Source of the DNA: Escherichia phage vB_EcoM_G2540-3
Length of the DNA stretch: 64,000 bases
Reading direction: 5' to 3' (one strand)
Sequence record: MK327944.1
The notes beneath the pieces were generated by a model. The model worked only from the letters and a program-made list of their open reading frames with translations. It made no database searches and was not told the DNA's origin. Below are positions 19,608-26,622 of the stretch, piece by piece; positions within the stretch are counted from its first letter, which is position 1, and the number at the start of each line of letters is the position of its first letter. The position numbers were made by a program, and so were the translations under genes.

Positions 19608-19861
19608 TATTTTATTTCCTCAAGTTCGTTAATCAATAAAAGTTCTCTGACGCTAAAAACAAAGAAAAATGTGTTCCCATCAACCAGAGCATGACCGCTA
19701 ATAGAACACCCTCTGCGGAATTTAGAAACTTCACAATCTAGAACTGTAAAGGGTTTTAATCCTATGACTTTAGCTGTGCGTCTATTCAGTTCACAACCAC
19801 TTGCGAATTTTTCCAAATCTTCTTCTGATTTAAACTGATATTCTCTATTAACTAGCATCAT
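19607..19861 (-). CDS. hypothetical protein, 84 aa
   Basis: ORF with RBS GGAG and early promoter at 19893..19922. Confidence 0.5.
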   Translation of the reverse strand: MMLVNREYQFKSEEDLEKFASGCELNRRTAKVIGLKPFTVLDCEVSKFRRGCSISGHALVDGNTFFFVFSVRELLLINELEEIK

Positions 19862-19892
19862 TTTCTTTTCTCCGCGATTAGCTGATAGAATT

Positions 19893-19922
19893 ACTATAAC
19901 ACAACTCTATCAGCTTGTAAAC
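19893..19922 (-). promoter_or_regulatory. T4-type early promoter with -10 inside a 9-bp inverted repeat
   Basis: Minus strand GTTTAC, 18 nt, TATAGT; arms GCTGATAGA and TCTATCAGC. Confidence 0.6.
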
Positions 19923-19924
19923 TA

Positions 19925-20167
19925 CTATTTTACTAGCATCAATAACTGTTTCTCTAACTTGACGATTTTACGAAAGTATCTTTTGCATTGGCGAATCTGT
20001 CGCTTCGTAGGGCGCACAGCAAACTTAATAAATTCCACTCGACCAAATGGAGGACTTTCTTCTGCTGGAATATCTAACACCAATTCCCACGTATCCGCAA
20101 TAAGTGCCTTGAATTGAGTATTTTTCCTGACATTATACGGAGTAGGTTTAAATAAAACAATATGCAT
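19925..20167 (-). CDS. hypothetical protein, about 80 aa
   Basis: Start set at ATG 20167 just after the upstream stop. Confidence 0.45.
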   Translation of the reverse strand: MHIVLFKPTPYNVRKNTQFKALIADTWELVLDIPAEESPPFGRVEFIKFAVRPTKRQIRQCKRYFRKIVKLEKQLLMLVK

Positions 20168-20168
20168 A

Positions 20169-20351
20169 TTATCCTCGGCAATCCACTTCACATACTTTCT
20201 TGTCATCAATGAAAGCTTTAACTAGCGCTTTATTAACTTCAGCATATTGAGTAGTAGCCCATTGAACGTCATCTTTCATCATTGTGATTTCTTTAGTAAA
20301 CATGCTTTCATTCTTAAACCACCCCATAAAAACTACCTTTACCAATTCCAT
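20169..20351 (-). CDS. dmd: Dmd-like antitoxin (discriminator of mRNA degradation), 60 aa
   Basis: 60-aa ORF in the 61.5 position with RBS GAGGAG and its own early promoter. Confidence 0.55.
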   Translation of the reverse strand: MELVKVVFMGWFKNESMFTKEITMMKDDVQWATTQYAEVNKALVKAFIDDKKVCEVDCRG

Positions 20352-20380
20352 AAAAATCTCCTCATTTAACCAACAAGACT

Positions 20381-20410
20381 ACTATACCATAGTCTTGTCA
20401 GCTTGTAAAC
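20381..20410 (-). promoter_or_regulatory. T4-type early promoter (dmd) with -10 inside an 8-bp inverted repeat
   Basis: Minus strand GTTTAC, 18 nt, TATAGT; arms CAAGACTA and TAGTCTTG. Confidence 0.6.
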
Positions 20411-21837
20411 TAAAATTTTAATTCATTCGCCAAAGCATCTAACTGGGCTCGAGTAGATTCATTTCTTTGATAGCGATTCTGCTCAGCTTGTATCTGTTGT
20501 GAACCTGCTACTTCGTTCACTTCAGTTGGAGTAGAATCTTGCTCAATTTCTACCCATTTCTGATTTCCTTTTTGAACACCCATCAAAAACTTATTCCATT
20601 TATTCTTATCACCATATCGTGATTTGATTTGCTTAATTAGTTGTTGTTCAGCAGCTGCTAACTCCTCGGTTTCAATGACCGCAAGCATAAAATCGGCTGT
20701 TGCTGGAAGACCGGCAGATTCTGCAATATCGCTCATGTTAACATCAGAAGAATCCCAAGCTTGTTTACCAACCTGTGCTGCGGTCCAAAGAACAGTTTCG
20801 GTTTCAACAGCCAGAGCACGTAATTCTTCTGCGATAGCTTTAACAGTTGTGTAACTATTTTCTGAATAAACTCTGATGCGGCAAGATTTACAAATACCCA
20901 GATAGTCAACAATAATGATTGTTGGAACAAAATTCTTCTTGAGCTTTAATTCATTTAAAAGCGACCGAAATGTATTAGCGTCTGCTCCACCAGTAGGATA
21001 CTGTTTAACGATTAAACGGCCGAGAGTAGATTTCTCACGCCATTTTTCCATTTTTCCTTTATATTCAGCGTAAGAAATATGCCCATCATCAATGTCATCA
21101 AGAGAAACATCGAGCATATTAGCGTCAATACGTTTAGCACAGACTTCTTCTGCCATTTCCATGGAAATGTAAAGAACATTATGTCCGAGCTGCAAATAAT
21201 CTGCTGCCAATGAACACAGACCTAATGACTTACCAACGTTAACACCAGCCATTAAAACGTTCAGTGTTCCAGTTTCAGCTCCGCCTTTAGTAATTTTATT
21301 TAGAATTTTGAGTCTAAATGGAACCTTACGAGCTTTATTCATATAAGATAGCCAACGTGCTTCATAGTCATCCATCCAATCATGACCAACGTAACTATCA
21401 AATGAAATTGATAATGCTTGACGCATGATGTCAGGAATAGCACCTACATCTGGCATTTTCTTATTTCGTTTTTCCGGAGGAAGCTCAGCATTAGTTTGGA
21501 TTTCAATTATTTTAGACGTAGCATTAAACATCGCCCTTTGCTGAACATATTTTTCTGTTTCTTTTACTAACCAGCTGTGGTCTTCTGGAGAATCGGTTAG
21601 TTTCGAAATAAGTGTTTTTACGCCAGAATATTCCGTTTCAGTAAATGAACTATTTTCTAATGCAACATTTAACGCATTAATAGATGGAACGCTATGATAC
21701 TCATTAACATGAGATTTAATTAATTTGAATGTATTTTTAGCTGGACCACTTTCAAAATATTCTGAATCCATATATGGCCAAACTTTTGAAAAATAAGCTT
21801 GATCAAATATGAGATGAGAAAGAATAATTTCTACCAC
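20410..21837 (-). CDS. 41: replicative DnaB-like helicase gp41, 475 aa
   Basis: Walker A GVNVGKS, 475 aa, position between 61 and uvsX. Confidence 0.9.
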   Translation of the reverse strand: MVEIILSHLIFDQAYFSKVWPYMDSEYFESGPAKNTFKLIKSHVNEYHSVPSINALNVALENSSFTETEYSGVKTLISKLTDSPEDHSWLVKETEKYVQQRAMFNATSKIIEIQTNAELPPEKRNKKMPDVGAIPDIMRQALSISFDSYVGHDWMDDYEARWLSYMNKARKVPFRLKILNKITKGGAETGTLNVLMAGVNVGKSLGLCSLAADYLQLGHNVLYISMEMAEEVCAKRIDANMLDVSLDDIDDGHISYAEYKGKMEKWREKSTLGRLIVKQYPTGGADANTFRSLLNELKLKKNFVPTIIIVDYLGICKSCRIRVYSENSYTTVKAIAEELRALAVETETVLWTAAQVGKQAWDSSDVNMSDIAESAGLPATADFMLAVIETEELAAAEQQLIKQIKSRYGDKNKWNKFLMGVQKGNQKWVEIEQDSTPTEVNEVAGSQQIQAEQNRYQRNESTRAQLDALANELKF

Positions 21838-21846
21838 ACTTACTCC

Positions 21847-22203
21847 TTAAAAGAATTTAAATTTTTTCTTTGACCTTTTATTAAATGCATCTTGTAGTTG
21901 CATTGTAATACATTTTTCTACATGAGGAGCTAACTCAGCTTTTCTTTCTTGGTCAAGAACAGCAAAGTCCATTACGACTTTTCCATCAACCCAATCTAAT
22001 TTTGTCACATACACAATGTGTGTAGAACCATCTTCTAGTTTAATGACAATCTCCTGGATAACATTTTCCATGGCAGATTTAATTATCTTAAGAGATTCAT
22101 TAAAAAGACGTTCTTTTCTTTCTTCTTCCCCCTCCGAAGAGGGGGATTCGTCGATAATTTCTAGATCTAAATCATCTTTATTCATTAAATTCTTCCATAT
22201 CAC
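21847..22203 (-). CDS. gp40-like protein, 118 aa
   Basis: Position between 41 and uvsX; acidic N-terminal region. Confidence 0.45.
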   Translation of the reverse strand: MIWKNLMNKDDLDLEIIDESPSSEGEEERKERLFNESLKIIKSAMENVIQEIVIKLEDGSTHIVYVTKLDWVDGKVVMDFAVLDQERKAELAPHVEKCITMQLQDAFNKRSKKKFKFF

Positions 22204-23359
22204 TTAACTGATCTAGGTCAGTTTCTAAATCAGCTGCTGATTTACTTTTACTTTCTGGAGATTTAAATTTTTCAACCTTTGAGTTAATCAATTCATCAAC
22301 TTCAGCTTCAACAATTTTATTACTATCAATAGCACCTAATTGATAAGCACGTTTAATAGCATCTCGGAATGGTTGATGCTTAAATAAAGGACCCCAGAAT
22401 GTAGTGCAATTGGTATCTTTTGCGCGCCAAGATTTTTCTTCGCGAATCATCTCGCCGGTTTCTTCATCAAGAAATTCACGAGCATACCAGCCATTTTTAG
22501 GTTTTACTACAAATCCTAATTCAAGAGCCATATCTAACAACCCAGAATAAGGATCGATACCACCGTCAAATTTAACATCAATAAAGAATTTACTTTTTTC
22601 TTTGACGGTACGAGATTTTTCTACATTTAGAACAAATTGATACCCCTGAAGATCAGAACCATCTTTAATCTGACGCTTACCGATAATGAATACAGTATCA
22701 GCCGAATACATCACGCCTGTACCACCTGTCATCACGGTTTTACTAAACATTTCAATTGTTTCAATTGTATGGTTAACCGCAACGCATGGAATGTTTTTAA
22801 TACTAAAATAAGGAGTAACGATACGGAATAATGACTTCAGTGATTTAGCACGAGTCATATCTGCCACAGATTTTTCATTCAAGGCATCTTCCGTTTCTTT
22901 CTTAGAAGCCATATTACCGATTGAGTCGATGAATACAATAACTTTTTCACCACGCTCGATAGCTTCAAGCTGATTCACCATATCAATTTTCAGTTGTTCA
23001 ACTGACTGAATTGGTGTATGAATTACTCGTTCCGGGTCAACTCCCATGGATCGCAAATAAGCTGGAGTGATACCAAATTCGCTATCATAAAATAGACAAA
23101 CTGCATCAGGATATTTGTTCAAATACGCCGCAACCATAGTCAAAGACATATTTGATTTAAAGTGTTTAGAAGGACCTGCAAAAATGGTTAAACCAGACTG
23201 CATACCACCATCAATCGCACCGGAAATAGCAATATTAAGCATTGGGATTTTTGTACGGATTACATCCTTTTCATTAAAGAATTTAGATGTAGTCAGTTCA
23301 GCAGTCATTTTAGAAGTGGAAGCTTTAATCAAACGGGATTTTAAATCTGCAATAGACAT
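22178..23359 (-). CDS. uvsX: UvsX RecA-like recombinase, 393 aa
   Basis: RecA fold with Walker A GPSKHFKS; size close to the 391 aa of T4 UvsX. Confidence 0.9.
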   Translation of the reverse strand: MSIADLKSRLIKASTSKMTAELTTSKFFNEKDVIRTKIPMLNIAISGAIDGGMQSGLTIFAGPSKHFKSNMSLTMVAAYLNKYPDAVCLFYDSEFGITPAYLRSMGVDPERVIHTPIQSVEQLKIDMVNQLEAIERGEKVIVFIDSIGNMASKKETEDALNEKSVADMTRAKSLKSLFRIVTPYFSIKNIPCVAVNHTIETIEMFSKTVMTGGTGVMYSADTVFIIGKRQIKDGSDLQGYQFVLNVEKSRTVKEKSKFFIDVKFDGGIDPYSGLLDMALELGFVVKPKNGWYAREFLDEETGEMIREEKSWRAKDTNCTTFWGPLFKHQPFRDAIKRAYQLGAIDSNKIVEAEVDELINSKVEKFKSPESKSKSAADLETDLDQLSDMEEFNE

Positions 23360-23412
23360 TCATTTTTTCCATAGGCATCATTATATTTTCCTCACTGGTT
23401 AAAGATAGGGTA

Positions 23413-23436
23413 ATTATAACACAATAAATTTAGGCA
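23413..23436 (-). promoter_or_regulatory. MotA-box-like middle promoter (uvsX)
   Basis: Minus strand TAATGCCTAAA (one mismatch to TGCTT), 13 nt, TGTTATAAT. Confidence 0.45.
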
Positions 23437-24279
23437 TTAATCAACTGCTATTGGATGAATAGCATTAAACTTATGAAACGCTTCTGATTTTTCTTTGCGC
23501 GAAACACACATGCGAAGAACCTTTAATGGCTCATCTTCTTCACCCAACGATTTTCTCTTTTCAATATTCGATGTTTTCCAACGAGCTTGCTCTGGAAATT
23601 CTCTATTGATTTGCTCAAGCGCTCTATTATGTTTAGAATTACTACGAATTGAGCTGCATCCGCCAGGAGCTTGTGCTTTTCCGGATACAACCAGATATTT
23701 GAACAAGGCCAAATGTGGATAACCTTGATTAATTAAATTGAGAAATGCATACATATCTTCGCATAAATCAATTTTTCCATACCCAATTTGTTCTGTTGTA
23801 AGTTTTCCAAGGTCATACCATGTATTCGTGAATCCATATGAATTTTCACGATAATTACCCCAAGATGAAGTAATTTTAAAAATAGGTAGACGAGCATGGC
23901 CATGATAATACCCGCAATCCATGGCATCTTCAACGTATTGAATTAATTCATAGAACTGTTCACGGGTTAATTGATTAATTTTATCTACGCAGCGACGATC
24001 ATCTTTCTTTCGCATTGAACTCATACGAATAGTAGTATCATCATCGATCATCCAAATTCGCTGACCTGCATACATATCAGTAATTGCTTTACGAGTTCCA
24101 GCAATTCCATTAACATCATCAGGAATAGTTATAATTTTAGCTCTAGACCCATAAGCGTCATAATAAGCTTTTTCTTCGTGTTTACGTACTACAATATGAG
24201 GTTCATAATCAGATGGAAACATATCAAGGGCAGAAACTGCCCCTACGCGTTGATAGCTCGGAATTACGAATTGAATCAT
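23437..24279 (-). CDS. GT-A-type glycosyltransferase (DxD), 280 aa; candidate beta-glucosyl-HMC-alpha-glucosyltransferase of T2/T6 type
   Basis: IWMIDDDTT DxD motif; sits where T4 carries beta-gt (between uvsX and gene 42) but is not T4 beta-gt-like. Confidence 0.5.
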   Translation of the reverse strand: MIQFVIPSYQRVGAVSALDMFPSDYEPHIVVRKHEEKAYYDAYGSRAKIITIPDDVNGIAGTRKAITDMYAGQRIWMIDDDTTIRMSSMRKKDDRRCVDKINQLTREQFYELIQYVEDAMDCGYYHGHARLPIFKITSSWGNYRENSYGFTNTWYDLGKLTTEQIGYGKIDLCEDMYAFLNLINQGYPHLALFKYLVVSGKAQAPGGCSSIRSNSKHNRALEQINREFPEQARWKTSNIEKRKSLGEEDEPLKVLRMCVSRKEKSEAFHKFNAIHPIAVD

Positions 24280-24917
24280 TTAAGTGCCTTGCATTTGTCA
24301 AAATGGTATCTTGTCATATTTGGCCCACGTCCTTTTAGTCCGCAATGCGGACATATTTTTTCTATCAAATTATGAGGTTTTCCTTTACGATTTTTAGACA
24401 TCGTTTCTTTAATTATTTTAGCTTTTTCTGCGCCAAAAATTTCTTCATAAGTTTTACCAGAATTTTCCTTTGCTCGATTTATAATTCCATATGCCTGCTC
24501 ATTTTTACCATACATTGGATTACCTTCGCCTTTCATTCTTTTAGAATGATCAGGACGCTTGATTCCACGAAAGGCATTTCCGCACTTATATCTTTCTTCT
24601 GGAGATAGTTTTTTACCGTACATTCCATTTAATTTGCCTGGAAAACTTCCTCCCCATGCTTCATTCTTTAAATTATATGAATCCGGACAATTAGCAGCAT
24701 CTAAACAAGTTAAAATAATTTCTTCAACCTGTCTAAACATTGGTCCTTCATATAATATTTCTTTATTAAAGGATTTTATTCCATATTTCTTTTTAGCATG
24801 TTGCCAAACTACACCCGAACCATCATAATTCGGGTTGTGACCATCATGACTTCCTATATACCACTTTTTAGTTTTAGGATGTTTATACTTATAAACATGT
24901 GGCACATTTACTTCCAT
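24276..24917 (-). CDS. GIY-YIG homing endonuclease (Seg-like), 213 aa
   Basis: N-terminal VYKYKHPKTKKWYIGS GIY-YIG motif; C-terminal zinc-finger-like CPHCG. Confidence 0.75.
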   Translation of the reverse strand: MEVNVPHVYKYKHPKTKKWYIGSHDGHNPNYDGSGVVWQHAKKKYGIKSFNKEILYEGPMFRQVEEIILTCLDAANCPDSYNLKNEAWGGSFPGKLNGMYGKKLSPEERYKCGNAFRGIKRPDHSKRMKGEGNPMYGKNEQAYGIINRAKENSGKTYEEIFGAEKAKIIKETMSKNRKGKPHNLIEKICPHCGLKGRGPNMTRYHFDKCKALK

Positions 24918-25648
24918 TTTCCAGTATAATCCTTTTTAGCAATATGAGTTTCACCAGTGTTCCACCAATGGTCAACTAAATAAAACTGATTTTCGTACAC
25001 ATGAAGACTTCCAACGTTCCATATAATAGAACCTGCTTTATATTGCCGCGATGGGTCGCCTGCATTCAAATCAGATACTAATTTATCTAATACGTATTTT
25101 TGCCATGCATAGTCATTACGATAGCCTGCCCAGCAATCATTGCTTCTCATGTTAACTACTGCATTGACTTTCTTATCACGAATCAGATACTGTACTGTAT
25201 TCGTACACATGAAATCTGACATACCATCTTTATTGTAGTCAAACTGCATGGATGGACGAGTATAAATCATGATACCACGTCGAGAATCAGGATTTTGACC
25301 AAGTTCAGCTAAACACATATCATACTGGGCATAGTTATCTTCTGACCAGATAGCCCAACCATAATTCGAGTTAATTTCACCTTTAGAAGATGCTACCTGT
25401 TGCCAAATCTTTGGCGTTTCGCCTGGAATATCTTTAACAAACAGACTTTGAGACTTATACCATTCAAGTTCACGTTGAATGTATTCATCATTAAGAGCAC
25501 CAAAAATAAAAGGTTCATCTGCTACAAATGATGCGCCAATAATTTCAATAGTTTTAACACCAGTTTTATCAACTACGAAATCTTTTTCCTTTAATGCAAT
25601 TCCCAAATGAAGACGGGTTTCTTCAACTGTCATAGAGTCATTAATCAT
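24908..25648 (-). CDS. 42: dCMP hydroxymethylase gp42, 246 aa
   Basis: Thymidylate-synthase-like fold, 246 aa as in T4 gp42. Confidence 0.85.
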   Translation of the reverse strand: MINDSMTVEETRLHLGIALKEKDFVVDKTGVKTIEIIGASFVADEPFIFGALNDEYIQRELEWYKSQSLFVKDIPGETPKIWQQVASSKGEINSNYGWAIWSEDNYAQYDMCLAELGQNPDSRRGIMIYTRPSMQFDYNKDGMSDFMCTNTVQYLIRDKKVNAVVNMRSNDCWAGYRNDYAWQKYVLDKLVSDLNAGDPSRQYKAGSIIWNVGSLHVYENQFYLVDHWWNTGETHIAKKDYTGKWK

Positions 25649-25655
25649 TTAAACC

Positions 25656-25805
25656 TCAATTGATACATTCATATTTAACTTGTAACAGTAATAAGCTCCA
25701 GCCTAAAATAATAGTTGGAATCATACAAGGAACTGCTACGCTATAGTATATACTTATTATAATCATCAAGATTAAAAGCAACACTGCTAAAATTTTGCTT
25801 TTCAT
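25656..25805 (-). CDS. small membrane protein, 49 aa (below ORF-track cutoff; imm.1 position)
   Basis: MKSKILAVLLLILMIIISIYYSV...; ATGA overlap with the imm stop. Confidence 0.4.
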   Translation of the reverse strand: MKSKILAVLLLILMIIISIYYSVAVPCMIPTIILGWSLLLLQVKYECIN

Positions 25806-26053
25806 TCCTTCTCTCTGATGATAATTACTTGATTTTGCTGTACAGATTTTTTAGTTTCACCCGCAATTGACCAAATAAATGTAATAAACCAACCAATGAT
25901 TGACCAGTTAAACAGTAAAGATGTGAAAAAGATTCCTACTGTCGATTTTGACCCACGCATCAAGGCGATGAACCACGGAAGCATGTATATAATAATAGCC
26001 AACACACCTGAAACTAAAACCATAAAAATTGAACCTGCTACTAAAGTTTCCAT
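25802..26053 (-). CDS. imm: superinfection immunity protein Imm-like membrane protein, 83 aa
   Basis: 83 aa with two hydrophobic helices; position between 42 and 43. Confidence 0.6.
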   Translation of the reverse strand: METLVAGSIFMVLVSGVLAIIIYMLPWFIALMRGSKSTVGIFFTSLLFNWSIIGWFITFIWSIAGETKKSVQQNQVIIIREKE

Positions 26054-26060
26054 GTTTTCC

Positions 26061-26441
26061 TCACTTAGTCAAATTTTTTACACATGAATTATAAGAATTT
26101 ACTACATACTCCATCGGAGCATTTTTACCAGTACGCCATTGATAATTATTAGCCCAATTTGCCCAAAGCACGGCGCAGTAATTTTCAATTTTTTCTTCGC
26201 GTGTAATTACATCTGAATTACGATATGCTTGTGCAGATTCATCTGGACGAATAGCTTCGTCAAAATTCGCCTGCATTTGTTCTACTGTCTGTTTTGGAGC
26301 TTCTTTATAACACTTAACATTAGGATTATAAAATTTGCTTGAACAGTTTACAATTTTTCCTACATCAGATTGATTTACTACCGGTCCTTGAGCTACACAA
26401 CCAGTAAGACCCAATGCAATAACCAAAATAGCGATTTTCAT
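26061..26441 (-). CDS. lipoprotein, 126 aa
   Basis: MKIAILVIALGLTGC lipobox; start trimmed to ATG 26441, since the ORF-track N-terminal extension is translated promoter/leader DNA. Confidence 0.55.
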   Translation of the reverse strand: MKIAILVIALGLTGCVAQGPVVNQSDVGKIVNCSSKFYNPNVKCYKEAPKQTVEQMQANFDEAIRPDESAQAYRNSDVITREEKIENYCAVLWANWANNYQWRTGKNAPMEYVVNSYNSCVKNLTK

Positions 26442-26475
26442 TTCATTCTCCAAATCCGCATCAGTTGATAGTTGT

Positions 26476-26505
26476 ATAGTACCATGGAAGAACAAGGATG
26501 TAAAC
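26476..26505 (-). promoter_or_regulatory. T4-type early promoter with conserved leader module
   Basis: Minus strand GTTTAC, 18 nt, TACTAT, followed by ACAACTATCAACTGATGCGGATTTGGAGAATGAA-ATG. Confidence 0.6.
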
Positions 26506-26585
26506 AGTTTTGTGAAAAAATTTTTAATGAATTCAAAGGATCCAGAATCATCTGTTTTTCATAAGTATAGATTTATATTACTTGT

Positions 26586-26610
26586 ATGAAAAAGGGACCC
26601 GGAGGTCCCT
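26586..26610 (-). terminator. intrinsic terminator after gene 43
   Basis: Minus RNA AGGGACC-UCCG-GGUCCCU followed by UUUUUCA. Confidence 0.7.
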
Positions 26611-26622
26611 AGATTTATTCTA

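Noticed and set aside
26441-26495. Shared N-terminal extension GTIQLSTD(A/T)DLEN(E/K)MK on two ORF-track proteins (26061..26495 and 51901..52935)
   Set aside because: It is a translation of the repeated promoter/leader DNA upstream of the true ATG (26441 and 52869), not a protein motif.
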